Of a stretch of 54,960 nt of DNA, positions 39,949 through 49,381 are shown piece by piece. A model generated the notes under the pieces. It saw only the letters and a list, made by a program, of their open reading frames with translations. It was not told the DNA's origin and searched no databases. Source of the stretch: Armatimonadota bacterium (GTDB taxonomy: Bacteria; Sysuimicrobiota; Sysuimicrobiia; Sysuimicrobiales; Kaftiobacteriaceae); contig JBBIUY010000018.1 of the NCBI GenBank assembly GCA_037440005.1, positions 1 to 54,960 of the forward strand, given 5' to 3'. The stretch's first letter is position 1. Every line of letters starts with the position of its first letter. The position numbers and the translations under genes are program-made.

Positions 39949-40722
39949 ATGCCCTACCAGTTCATCGAGGTCTCCGTCGACGGCCCGGTGGCCACGGTGG
40001 CCCTCAACCGCCCCCAGGTGCTCAACGCCCTCAACCAGGCCACCATGGACGAGCTGGTGGACGCCCTGGAGGCTCTGGACCGGGACGAGGCGGTCCGCTG
40101 CATCGTCCTGACGGGCCGGGGGCGGGCGTTTGCCGCCGGAGCCGACATCACCGAGTTCGCCGGCGCCACCGCCGCCGGGATGGTGGCGGGCTACCGCTTC
40201 CAGCAGTGGGAGCGCATCCGCCGCCTGCAGACGCCGCTGATCGCCGCGGTGCACGGGTACGCCCTGGGGGGCGGCTGCGAATTGGCCATGCTGTGCGACA
40301 TGATCGTGGCGGCGGAGGACGCCCGGTTCGGCCAGCCCGAGATCTCTCTGGGCCTGATGCCCGGAGCGGGCGGGACCCAGCGGCTCACCCGCGCCATCGG
40401 CAAGGCCCGCGCCATGGAGCTCATCCTCACCGGGCGGCCGTTTTCGGCCCGGGAGGCGGAGGCGTGGGGGCTGGTGACGAAGGTGGTGCCGCCGGAGGCG
40501 GTCCTGGAGGAAGCCCACCGCTTGGCCCGGGAGATCGCCGCCCGCCCGCCGGTGGCCGTCCGGCTGGCCAAGCAGGCCGTGCTGCGGGCGTTTGACACCC
40601 ACCTGGAGGCGGGGCTGGAGTACGAGCGCCAGTGCTTTTACCTGCTGTTCGCCACCGACGACGCGGCCGAGGGCGTCCGGGCGTTCCTGGAGAAACGACC
40701 GCCCCGCTTCACCGGGAGGTAG
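39949..40722 (+). CDS. Enoyl-CoA hydratase (PaaF-like)
   Basis: FAAGADI, GGGCE, QPE and GGTQRL motifs. Confidence 0.9.
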   Translation: MPYQFIEVSVDGPVATVALNRPQVLNALNQATMDELVDALEALDRDEAVRCIVLTGRGRAFAAGADITEFAGATAAGMVAGYRFQQWERIRRLQTPLIAAVHGYALGGGCELAMLCDMIVAAEDARFGQPEISLGLMPGAGGTQRLTRAIGKARAMELILTGRPFSAREAEAWGLVTKVVPPEAVLEEAHRLAREIAARPPVAVRLAKQAVLRAFDTHLEAGLEYERQCFYLLFATDDAAEGVRAFLEKRPPRFTGR

Positions 40723-40740
40723 GCCAGAGGAGGTGGCGCC

Positions 40741-41520
40741 GTGGGGGACGAGGTGCTGGTGGACCGGCAGGACGGGGTGCTCACCATCACCCTCAACCGG
40801 CCCGAGGTCCTCAACGCCCTCACCGACCGCATGCTCCGCGACCTGGACGGGGCGTTGCGCCGGGCCGCCCGGGACGACGCGGTGCGCTGCGTGGTCCTCA
40901 CCGGCGCGGGGCGCGGCTTCTGCGCGGGCCAGGACCTGCGGGACGCGGCCGGGGCCGAGGCCGGCTTTCTCCGGGAGGCGCTGCGCACCCGCTACAACCC
41001 GGTGATCCTCCTGATGCGGACCATGGACAAGCCGGTCCTGGCGGCGGTCAACGGCGTGGCGGCGGGCGCGGGCTGCAGCCTGGCCCTGGCCGCCGACCTG
41101 CGCCTGGCGTCGGACCGGGCCACCTTCATCCAGGCGTTCAGCCGGGTGGGGCTGATCCCCGACTCGGGGGCCACGTACCTGCTGCCCCGGCTGGTAGGGG
41201 TGGGCAGGGCCCTGGAGCTGATCTTCACCGCCGAGCCCCTCGGCGCCGAGGACGCTCTGCGCCTGGGCCTGGTCAACCGGGTGGTCCCCCACGACGACCT
41301 GCTGGCCCAGGCCCAGGCGCTGGCCGCCCGGCTGGCGGCCGGACCCACCCGCGCCTTCGGCCTGGCCAAGCGCGCCGTCGCCTACGGCCTGTCCGCGACC
41401 CTGGAGCAGGCCCTGGAGTACGAGGCCATGCTCCAGGAGATCGCCGGCCGCACCGCCGACTACCGGGAAGGGGTTGCGGCCTTCCTGGACAAGCGCCCGC
41501 CGCGGTTTGCGGGCCGGTGA
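40741..41520 (+). CDS. Enoyl-CoA isomerase (PaaG-like crotonase)
   Basis: FCAGQDL, AAGAG, GLIPDSG. Confidence 0.85.
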   Translation: MGDEVLVDRQDGVLTITLNRPEVLNALTDRMLRDLDGALRRAARDDAVRCVVLTGAGRGFCAGQDLRDAAGAEAGFLREALRTRYNPVILLMRTMDKPVLAAVNGVAAGAGCSLALAADLRLASDRATFIQAFSRVGLIPDSGATYLLPRLVGVGRALELIFTAEPLGAEDALRLGLVNRVVPHDDLLAQAQALAARLAAGPTRAFGLAKRAVAYGLSATLEQALEYEAMLQEIAGRTADYREGVAAFLDKRPPRFAGR

Positions 41521-41542
41521 GCCGTCCGCGACCGGACAGGGG

Positions 41543-42115
41543 TCACTGGCGGCGCGGCGGGGAGGAGGGGGCCGCAGGGCGCAGCCGGCGCTGGGCGGAC
41601 GCCAGCTCGGCCTGCAGCGCCGGAGTTCCCGCCCACGCCGCCCGGTCGGACCGGCCGACCTCCACGGCCACCGCCCGGGCCCGCGTAAAGTCGGCCCGCA
41701 CCGCGACCAGCGTGGTCCGGTCGGAAGCCGGCGCAAACGCGCCCGCCGGCAGCGGCCGGCCTCCGTCCACCAGCCACACGCGATAGAGCAGGCCCTGCCC
41801 GGGATCGGCCAGCCGGATCACCACCAGCGCGCCCCGGCGGCGCAGGGGATCGTACACCAGCCGCACGCTGGCTCCCTGCCGGCCCTGCAGGGCGACCACG
41901 CGGGCCGACCGGCTGGCGAGCACGGCCAGCACATCGGCGGGTGCCCGCAGGCCCGCGTGCAGCGCCACGCTGCGCCGGTAGGCGGAGGCGGTCATCGCCG
42001 CCACGGTGACGACTCCGGCAGCGAGGGCCGCCGCGGCGCCCAGCGCCCACGCCGGCGCCCGGGCCCGCCATGGGAATCGCCTCGCGCCGTCGGTGCGGTC
42101 CTGGGTGTGCGCCAT
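41543..42115 (-). CDS. RskA-like anti-sigma C-terminal domain protein (short N-terminus)
   Basis: TM helix followed by YRVWLV...PAGAF...AVAVEV. Confidence 0.65.
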   Translation of the reverse strand: MAHTQDRTDGARRFPWRARAPAWALGAAAALAAGVVTVAAMTASAYRRSVALHAGLRAPADVLAVLASRSARVVALQGRQGASVRLVYDPLRRRGALVVIRLADPGQGLLYRVWLVDGGRPLPAGAFAPASDRTTLVAVRADFTRARAVAVEVGRSDRAAWAGTPALQAELASAQRRLRPAAPSSPPRRQ

Positions 42116-42187
42116 GGCTGCGACCGGTCCACGGACGGCCAGCACGCGGCGTGCCGGCATGCCCTACTGGGTCTGTACCCGCAGATG

Positions 42188-42242
42188 TTGACTGTTCGCC
42201 TGCGAACAGTGGTAAAGTCTCAGTTGGGCGAACATTTGTTCG
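42188..42242 (+). promoter_or_regulatory. SOS promoter with LexA (Cheo-type) box
   Basis: Perfect CGAACATTTGTTCG at 42229-42242. Upstream are TTGACT, TGgTAAAGT and extra GTTC/GAAC half-sites. Confidence 0.88.
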
Positions 42243-42250
42243 CATCTACC

Positions 42251-42898
42251 ATGCTGGACGTCTGGACGGGCCTTCCGGAACTTCCCTCCGGCCCTGCTGT
42301 CTTCGCCGGGGACGACGCCTGCCTGACCGTCGGCCTGCTGGTCAGCCTGCGGGCGGTGCGGGACGGGCGGACGTTGGTGGTGGTGGACGGCGCCAACGCG
42401 TTCGACCCGTTCCTGGTCGCCGACCTGGCGCGCCGGGCCGGCCTGCAGCCCCAGGCGCTGCTGGACCGGATCCGCCTCTCCCGGGTGTTCACCTGCCACC
42501 AGCTGGAAGCGCTGGTGCGGGGAAGGCTCCTGGCGGCCGCCTCCCGGTGGAGGGCGGCGGCGGTGTATTTCTCCGGCCTGCTGGACCCCCTGCTGGACGA
42601 GGACGTGCCGGCCGGCGAGGCCCGGCGGATCTTCCGCCTGATCCCGCCGGCGCTGCGGCGGCTGCAGGCACCGGACAGGATCGTGGTGGTGGCCTGCCCG
42701 CCTCCCCACTCCGTCCCCGGCCGGGAGGAGTTCTTCCCGGCGCTGTGCCGCGCGGCCGGATGGGTGTTCACCGTCACCCGCCTGCCGGGGCAGGCCTCAG
42801 GGCCCGGGCCCGTCCGCATCGTCCGCGCGACGCCCCACCCGGCTGCGTGGACGTGGGAGCCCCGCATCGGGCTCATCGCGCCCCGGCGGTGGTGGTGA
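42251..42898 (+). CDS. Inactive RecA/RadA-fold protein (iRadA/ImuA-like)
   Basis: VVDGANAFDPF...LDRIRLSRVFTCHQL RadA-like core; no Walker A GKT. Confidence 0.8.
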   Translation: MLDVWTGLPELPSGPAVFAGDDACLTVGLLVSLRAVRDGRTLVVVDGANAFDPFLVADLARRAGLQPQALLDRIRLSRVFTCHQLEALVRGRLLAAASRWRAAAVYFSGLLDPLLDEDVPAGEARRIFRLIPPALRRLQAPDRIVVVACPPPHSVPGREEFFPALCRAAGWVFTVTRLPGQASGPGPVRIVRATPHPAAWTWEPRIGLIAPRRWW

Positions 42899-42957
42899 GG
42901 AGGCACAAAACGCGCCGCGGCGAGACCGCTGACGCATACACCTGAGAGAGGGATCCG

Positions 42958-43308
42958 ATGGGACGGACGACCCTGACGATGACGCAGCTGGTGGCCCAGG
43001 AGGAAGCCTTCTGGGCGCCGTTCCGGCGCGCGCTGCGCAAAGAGGACCAGGAGATCTTCGACCGGCTGTTTGCCGCCGCGCGGCACCACTCGGCGCCCGC
43101 CCACTACGCCTCCCACGCCACGCCCTTTGACGCCATGCTGATGGCCATGATCCTGGAGACGATGAAGGCGGTGGAGCAGGTGCGCCGCGAGCTGGAACGG
43201 CTCAGGGACGGGGCCGGGGGAGCGCGGGACCGCGGGACCGCGGACGGCCCGCCCTCCTTCCCGGCCGCGACCTCCGGCCGTGGACCCGGGGACACGGGAG
43301 GGCGGTAA
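42958..43308 (+). CDS. Small helical PolB2-associated protein (arCOG07300/PPB2-like)
   Basis: MGRT...W..FRRALRKED...FD.L...AR.H pattern, recognised from memory of this family. Confidence 0.78.
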   Translation: MGRTTLTMTQLVAQEEAFWAPFRRALRKEDQEIFDRLFAAARHHSAPAHYASHATPFDAMLMAMILETMKAVEQVRRELERLRDGAGGARDRGTADGPPSFPAATSGRGPGDTGGR

Positions 43309-43311
43309 CCG

Positions 43312-45669
43312 GTGGACCACCGGCAGGTGGAGGGCTGGCTGTTCGACGTCTACCCGGACGCCGGCGGGATGGTGGTGTGGGTTGTGGACGCCGCCGGCCG
43401 GGCCCACCGCCTGCGCTCTCCCTACGCGCCCACCCTCTACGTGGCGGGATCCCGGCAGGCGCTGCGGGCGGCGCACCGGGCGCTGGACCGGCTGGCCGCG
43501 CCGGTGCGGTGGACTCCCGTCCTCCGCCGGGACCTGTCCAGCGGGGAGGAGATCCCCGTGGTGGCGGTCACCGTGGGCTCTCCCCTGGCGTTTCCGACCG
43601 CGGCCCGGCTGCTGGGCCGCGTGCCCGGGCTCGTCCTGTACACCTGCGACATCCCCGTGCCGCGGCTGTTCTTCTACGAGACCGGCCTGTTCCCCCTGGC
43701 CCGGTGCGCGCTGGCCTGCGAGGGAGACGTGATCCGGGAGGTGGACCTGCGCTCGCGCATCCAGGACCTGGAGTACGACCTCCCCCCGCTGACCATCCTG
43801 CGGATCCGTCCGGACCCGGACGGCCGGCCGGACGACCCCGACCTGCCGGTTCCCCACCCGGGCCACGGCCGGCCGGGGCGGCTGGAAGTCGGGGTGGACG
43901 GGGACACCGTCGTCCTGGACGGCGACGACCCGGCCGAACTGGTCCGCAGCCTCCAGCGGATGCTGCAGCGGTACGATCCCGACGTCATCCTGACCGAGTG
44001 GGGGGATGCGGTCCTGCTGCCGGCCCTGGTGCGGGCGGCGGCGCGGACCGGCCAGGCGCTGGCCCTCAACCGCGACCCCGGCCGTCCCCTGCAAGTCCGC
44101 CGCCCGCGCTCGTATATGACGTACGGCCAGGTCGTCCACCAGGCCGGGGCGCGGCTGCTGGCCGGCCGGTGGCACCTGGACCTGCGCAACTCCTTCATCT
44201 ACGCCGAGGCGGAGCTGGCGGGGCTGCTGGAGGTGGCGCGGCTGGCCTGCATCCCGGTCCAGGACCTGGCGCGCACCTCCACCGGCACCGCCATCAGCTC
44301 CATGCAGCTGCGCCAGGCGGTCCAGGACGGCATCCTGATCCCCTGGCAGAAGAGCGAGCCCGAGGAGTTCAAGACGGCCAGCCAGCTGCTCCTGACCGAC
44401 AAGGGCGGGCTGACCTACCAGCCCCTGGTGGGGTTGTACGAGCAGGTGGGGGAGCTGGACTTCTCCTCCATGTACCCCACCCTGATGGCCACCTACAACA
44501 TCTCGCCCGAGACCGTGGGGTGCCGGTGCTGCCCCGACTCGCGGGTCCCGGAGATCGGCGTCACCGTGTGCCGGCGGCGGCGCGGGCTGATCCCCCAGGT
44601 GCTCGACCACCTGCTGGCCCGGCGGGCGTACTACAAGCGCCGGCGCCAGCAGACCGCGGGCGCGCAGCGCGCCCTGTACGACCGGCGGCAGACGGCCCTC
44701 AAGTGGTGCCTGGTCACCGCCTTCGGGTACCTGGGGTACCGCAACGCCCGCTTCGGGCGCATCGAGGCCCACGAGGCGGTCACCGCCTACGCCCGGGAGA
44801 TGCTCCTGCGGGCCAAAGAGGTGGCCGAGTCCCGCGGCTTCCGGATGCTGCACGCCCTGGTGGACTCCCTGTGGCTGCAGCGCCCCGGCGCCACGCGCGC
44901 CGACTACGAGGACCTGGCCCGGGCCGTCGCCCGGGCCACGGGGTTGCCCATCGCCGTGGAGGGCGTGTACCGGTGGATCGCCTTCCTGCCCTCCCGCACC
45001 CACCCCGGGGTGGGGGTGCCCAACCGCTACCTGGGCGTGTTCGACGACGGGACCACCAAGGTGCGCGGCATCGAGGTGCGGCGGTCGGACATGCCGGCCC
45101 TGGTGGTCCGCACCCAGGAGCGCATGCTCCGGCGCCTGTTCCGCTGTCCCACCCTGGCCGACACCCGGGCGGCCCTGCCAGCGGTCCTGGGGGTGCTGGA
45201 AGACGCCCTCCTGCGCCTGCGGGCCGGGGAGGTGACGGCCGCCGACCTGGTCGTCACCACCCGCCTGTCCCAGGAGGTGGGCCGGTACCGCCACAACACC
45301 GTCCAGGCCCTGGCCGCCCGCGCCCTGGACCGGGCGGGAGCGCGCCTGGCCCCCGGCGAGGCGGTGCAGTACATCATCGCCGACGCCGACGCCCCGGTGC
45401 CCCAGGACCGCGTGCGCCCGTACGGACTGCTGGGCGGGGACTGGCACTACGACGTCGAGGCCTACGCCACCCTGCTGCTGCGGGCGGCGGCCACGGTCTT
45501 AGAGCCGTTTGGCTATCCCGAGCAGCGCCTGCGCCGGGAGGTGTGGGAGCCGCTGGCGGCGGCGCGCCCGCCTGCCCGCGCCGTCGGATCCCGGGAGGGC
45601 CGGCTCACTCCAGCAGGGACGCGATCTCCCGGGCGTTGCGGGCCGACTGCCCCCGGTAGTGGTTGTTGA
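43312..45669 (+). CDS. B-family DNA polymerase, PolB2-like, exonuclease-degenerate
   Basis: Motif A DFSSMYP, motif B KWCLVTAFGYLG, motif C ALVDSLW; also NRYLG and KVRGIE.RRSD. Confidence 0.92.
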   Translation: MDHRQVEGWLFDVYPDAGGMVVWVVDAAGRAHRLRSPYAPTLYVAGSRQALRAAHRALDRLAAPVRWTPVLRRDLSSGEEIPVVAVTVGSPLAFPTAARLLGRVPGLVLYTCDIPVPRLFFYETGLFPLARCALACEGDVIREVDLRSRIQDLEYDLPPLTILRIRPDPDGRPDDPDLPVPHPGHGRPGRLEVGVDGDTVVLDGDDPAELVRSLQRMLQRYDPDVILTEWGDAVLLPALVRAAARTGQALALNRDPGRPLQVRRPRSYMTYGQVVHQAGARLLAGRWHLDLRNSFIYAEAELAGLLEVARLACIPVQDLARTSTGTAISSMQLRQAVQDGILIPWQKSEPEEFKTASQLLLTDKGGLTYQPLVGLYEQVGELDFSSMYPTLMATYNISPETVGCRCCPDSRVPEIGVTVCRRRRGLIPQVLDHLLARRAYYKRRRQQTAGAQRALYDRRQTALKWCLVTAFGYLGYRNARFGRIEAHEAVTAYAREMLLRAKEVAESRGFRMLHALVDSLWLQRPGATRADYEDLARAVARATGLPIAVEGVYRWIAFLPSRTHPGVGVPNRYLGVFDDGTTKVRGIEVRRSDMPALVVRTQERMLRRLFRCPTLADTRAALPAVLGVLEDALLRLRAGEVTAADLVVTTRLSQEVGRYRHNTVQALAARALDRAGARLAPGEAVQYIIADADAPVPQDRVRPYGLLGGDWHYDVEAYATLLLRAAATVLEPFGYPEQRLRREVWEPLAAARPPARAVGSREGRLTPAGTRSPGRCGPTAPGSGC

Positions 45670-46570
45670 ACATCAGGTACAGCCGGTCCAGGCGGGGCGC
45701 CATCTCCCGCACCCGCTGCGCCCACGGCCGCAGCTCGTCGAGGGTGTAACGGTAGTCGTACACCCGGCTGGTGGGCGCCCGGCGCTCCAGCATCGCCGGG
45801 TTGCGGCCGTGGAACCGCACCACGCTCCAGGAGGCGGTGACCTCCACGTCCGGAGGCGGCAGGTAGCCCCGCTGCACCAGGTCGGGGATCACGTACGCGT
45901 AGCCCCGGGCGCGCAAAAAGTCCAGAAAGCGCGAGCGGGCGGGTGGAGAAAGCCAGCTGCGGTGGCGGATCTCCACCGCCACCGGCCACCGGCGCAGGTA
46001 GGGCTCCCACCGGTCCAGGTGCTCCAGGATCTGGGGGCTGAAGCCCGCCCCCTTGGGGAACTGGAACAGGACGTAGCCCAGCCGCCCGGACCGCACAAAC
46101 GGCTCCAGGAAGGCGGCGTAGTGGTCCCAGCAGGCGATCAGCACCTCCTCGGGCAGGTCGCGCGCGTCCACCGCCTCCCGAGTCCGCAGGGAGGCCGGCA
46201 GCAGGGAGGCGATCTCCGGGGGCAGCCGGCGCGGGTCGGTCGCGTGGCCGGTGAACAGGGCGAAGGCCTTGGCGGTGAAGACGAACGTGGGCGGCGTCCA
46301 CTCCACCCACTGGGCCGCCCGCCGGGGGGGCTGCAGGGCGTGGTAGGTGGCGTCCACCTCCACCACGGGAAAGACGGTGGCGTAGTACTGCAGCCGCCGC
46401 CGCGGGTCCCCGCCGACCCCCGGGGGATAGAACTGGCCCTCGCGCACGAAGTGGGGGTCGGCCCACGAGCAGGTGCCCACGTACACCCGGCAGGAGCCCA
46501 CCTGCAGCGGCCGCGCCGCCGCGGACAGGTCGAGGGCGGTCTGGTCGGCCCGGTTCTCGGAAGCCCCCAT
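45605..46570 (-). CDS. DUF72 family protein
   Basis: VGTCSW, VEVDATYH, FTAKA, LFQFP, VEIRH, RFHGRN, MFNN; GGAGG RBS. Confidence 0.92.
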   Translation of the reverse strand: MGASENRADQTALDLSAAARPLQVGSCRVYVGTCSWADPHFVREGQFYPPGVGGDPRRRLQYYATVFPVVEVDATYHALQPPRRAAQWVEWTPPTFVFTAKAFALFTGHATDPRRLPPEIASLLPASLRTREAVDARDLPEEVLIACWDHYAAFLEPFVRSGRLGYVLFQFPKGAGFSPQILEHLDRWEPYLRRWPVAVEIRHRSWLSPPARSRFLDFLRARGYAYVIPDLVQRGYLPPPDVEVTASWSVVRFHGRNPAMLERRAPTSRVYDYRYTLDELRPWAQRVREMAPRLDRLYLMFNNHYRGQSARNAREIASLLE

Positions 46571-46635
46571 CTCTGAGCCCTCCACCCGTCAGCCTACCAC
46601 GGACCCCCGGCCGCTGTCCGCGGCTGTCGCTTTCG

Positions 46636-46665
46636 TTGACACCCCACCGGGCCCTCCCTCATAAT
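46636..46665 (+). promoter_or_regulatory. Sigma70 promoter of the secD operon
   Basis: TTGACA-N18-CATAAT. Confidence 0.7.
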
Positions 46666-46706
46666 GAACCGGGCTTGCGACTGTCTGCCCGTCCGGAGAC
46701 CCCGGC

Positions 46707-48074
46707 GTGAGATCTCGCCTCTGGCTGCGGCTGCTCGTCGTCGGCGCGCTGGTCCTGGCCGCCTTCCAGGGCGCGTTTGCCCCCGTGCGCTGGGAGCGCT
46801 GGACCCCCCACCTGCAGGCTCCGCGGCTGCGCCTCACCCTGGGGCTGGACCTGCAGGGCGGCAGCCACCTGGTGCTGGAGGCCCAGGACACGCCCCAGAC
46901 CCCCGCGACGCCCGAGGCCGTGGACGCGGCGCTGCGGGTGATCGAGAACCGCATCGACCAGCTGGGGGTGGTCGAACCCACCCTGCAGCGCCAGGGCAGC
47001 CGGCGCATCATCGTGGAGCTGCCGGGCATCCTGGACCCCCAGCGCGCCATCGAGCTGATCGGCAAGACCGCCCTGCTGGAGTTCGTGGACACCGGCGCCA
47101 CCCAGCTCCCCGAAGGCGCCCGGTGGTCCGCCGACGGCACGACGGTGACCCTGCCCACCCCCGGCGCACAGCCCCTGAAGCTGGAGAAGAAGGTCATCCT
47201 GACCGGGGCCGACCTGGCCGACGCCCAGGCGGGGTTCGACCAGACCACCGGCCAGCCGATCGTCAACTTCCAGTTCAAAGGCCAGGGCGCCAAGACCTTC
47301 GAGGAGTTCACCGGAGCCCACATCGGCCAGTTTTTGACCATCGTCCTGGACAACGAGGTGATCTCCTCCCCGGTCATCCGCGACCGCATCACCGGCGGCC
47401 GGGGGCAGATCAGCGGCGGGTTCCGGGACCTGGCCGAGGCGCGGGACCTGGCGGTCCTGCTGCGGGGCGGCGCGCTGCCGGTGCCCGTGGAGGTGGTGGA
47501 GAACCGCACCGTGGGCCCCCTGCTGGGCCGGGACTCCATCGAGCGCAGCCTGCGGGCGGGAGGGGTCGCCACCGCTGTGGTGGCGCTGTTCATGGCCCTG
47601 TACTACGGCCTGCCCGGCGTGGTGGCCGACGTGGCCCTGGGGGTGTACACCCTGCTGGTCCTGGCGGTGCTGGCCTGGCTGGGGGCCACCCTGACCCTGC
47701 CCGGCATCGCGGGATTGATCCTGTCCGTCGGGATGGCTGTGGACGCCAACGTGATCATCTACGAAAAGGTCAAAGAGGAGCTGCGGGCTCAGAAGACCCT
47801 GTGGGCGGCCCTGCAGGCCGGGTGGAGCCGGGCGGTGGTCACCATCGTGGACTCCAACGTCACCACGGTGATCGCCGCCGTGATCCTGTTTGTGCTGGGC
47901 AGCGGGCCCATCCGCGGGTTCGCCGTCACCTTGACCGTGGGCGTGGTGGTCAGCATGTTCACCGCCGTCTGGGTCACCCGGGTCCTGATGGACGCCGCGG
48001 CGGCGGCGGGGCTGGAGGGCGCCATCCGCCGGATGGCGGCGGCGGGGAGGAGGCCGGCGGGTGAGCGGGCGTAG
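46707..48074 (+). CDS. secD: Protein translocase subunit SecD
   Basis: LGLDLQGG, GMAVDANV, DSNVTT. Confidence 0.97.
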   Translation: MRSRLWLRLLVVGALVLAAFQGAFAPVRWERWTPHLQAPRLRLTLGLDLQGGSHLVLEAQDTPQTPATPEAVDAALRVIENRIDQLGVVEPTLQRQGSRRIIVELPGILDPQRAIELIGKTALLEFVDTGATQLPEGARWSADGTTVTLPTPGAQPLKLEKKVILTGADLADAQAGFDQTTGQPIVNFQFKGQGAKTFEEFTGAHIGQFLTIVLDNEVISSPVIRDRITGGRGQISGGFRDLAEARDLAVLLRGGALPVPVEVVENRTVGPLLGRDSIERSLRAGGVATAVVALFMALYYGLPGVVADVALGVYTLLVLAVLAWLGATLTLPGIAGLILSVGMAVDANVIIYEKVKEELRAQKTLWAALQAGWSRAVVTIVDSNVTTVIAAVILFVLGSGPIRGFAVTLTVGVVVSMFTAVWVTRVLMDAAAAAGLEGAIRRMAAAGRRPAGERA

Positions 48075-49011
48075 CTGGGACATCGTCGGCCGGCGGCGCT
48101 GGGGGTACGCCCTGTCCCTGCTGATCATCCTCCCGGGCCTGGTGGCTCTCGTGGCCAACGCGGTGGCCGGGCGCGGCGCCCTGGACTGGGGCATCGACTT
48201 CACCGGCGGGCACTTCTTCCAGCTGCGCCTGGAGCGCCCGTTCACCGTCGGCGAGGTCCGGGCGGTGGTGGACCGGTTCGCCACCGGACAGAGCATCATC
48301 CAGAAGTCCGACCAGGAGGTCCTCATCCGCACCCGCCCCCTGCAGCCGGGCCGCCGGGAGGCGCTGGTGGCGGCCCTGCGGGAGCGCTTCGGCGCGGTGA
48401 CAGTCCTGCGGGAAGACGAAGTAGGGCCCAAGATCGGCCGGGAGCTGCGCACCGCGGCCCTGGTGGGCGCCGTCGTCGGATTGGCCCTGCAGGTGGTCTA
48501 CATCGTCCTGCGGTTCAAGTCCATCCGGTTTGCCGTGGCCGCCGACATCGCGCTTCTGCACGACCTGCTGGTGGTGGTGGGCGTCTTCGCCCTGACCCGC
48601 AAGGAGGTCAACAGCTCCTTCGTGGCCGTCCTGCTCACGGTGGTGGGCTACTCCATCAACGACACCATCGTCCTGTTCGACCGCATCCGGGAAAACCTGG
48701 CCCAGCGCACCCGGGAGCCCTTTGACCGGCTGGTGAACCGCAGCATCCTGGAGGCGCTGGTGCGCTCCCTGAACACCGCCCTGACCACCGTCCTGGCCAT
48801 CGCCGCCGTGTACCTGTTCGGCGGCAGCACCATCCGCGACTTCGCCTTCGGCCTGATGATCGGCATCCTGACCGGCGCCTACTCGTCCATCTTCAACGCC
48901 AGCCCCATCCTGGTGGACTGGCACAACTGGAGCGAGCGCCGGCTGGGCCGGGCCGCGCCGGCGGCGGCTGCGGCGCCGGTGGCGGCGCGCCCGCGCGCCC
49001 GGAAGGGATAG
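48061..49011 (+). CDS. secF: Protein translocase subunit SecF
   Basis: GIDFTGG, HD, GYSINDTIVLFDRIRE. Confidence 0.97.
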   Translation: MSGRSWDIVGRRRWGYALSLLIILPGLVALVANAVAGRGALDWGIDFTGGHFFQLRLERPFTVGEVRAVVDRFATGQSIIQKSDQEVLIRTRPLQPGRREALVAALRERFGAVTVLREDEVGPKIGRELRTAALVGAVVGLALQVVYIVLRFKSIRFAVAADIALLHDLLVVVGVFALTRKEVNSSFVAVLLTVVGYSINDTIVLFDRIRENLAQRTREPFDRLVNRSILEALVRSLNTALTTVLAIAAVYLFGGSTIRDFAFGLMIGILTGAYSSIFNASPILVDWHNWSERRLGRAAPAAAAAPVAARPRARKG

Positions 49012-49032
49012 CCGCCGCCGCGGGGAACGGTG

Positions 49033-49323
49033 ATGAGTATGTTCATCGTCGGCATCGTCCTGGCGGCGGCGTTCACCGTGTTCGTCCTGCAGAACAGGAC
49101 GCCGGTGACCCTCACGTTCCTGGCCTGGCGGTACGAGACCACCGTGGGCGTCGCCGTGGTGGCGGCGCTGGTGGCGGGGGCCCTGGTCATGTACCTGGTG
49201 GCCCTGGTCCGCGAGCAGCGGCTGCGATCGCAGCTGCGGATGGCCGAGTCCCGCACCCGCACCGCCGAAGCCCGGCTGCGGGAGCTGGAGCGCGAGCGGG
49301 AAGCCGCCGGGGAGCAGGCCTGA
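49033..49323 (+). CDS. LapA/DUF1049-family membrane protein
   Basis: VFVLQN..PV.LTFL.W motif, second TM helix, coiled coil. Confidence 0.8.
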   Translation: MSMFIVGIVLAAAFTVFVLQNRTPVTLTFLAWRYETTVGVAVVAALVAGALVMYLVALVREQRLRSQLRMAESRTRTAEARLRELEREREAAGEQA

Positions 49324-49381
49324 CCGGAGACGCTTCGCGGACGGACAGCCGCCGGACCCGCCGGCCCGGCGGAGCACAGCG

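Noticed and set aside
43312..45669. PolB as a prophage, casposon or pipolin replicase
   Set aside because: No phage, integrase or Cas1 genes or terminal repeats; composition resembles the host; has a LexA box and PolB2-type partners.
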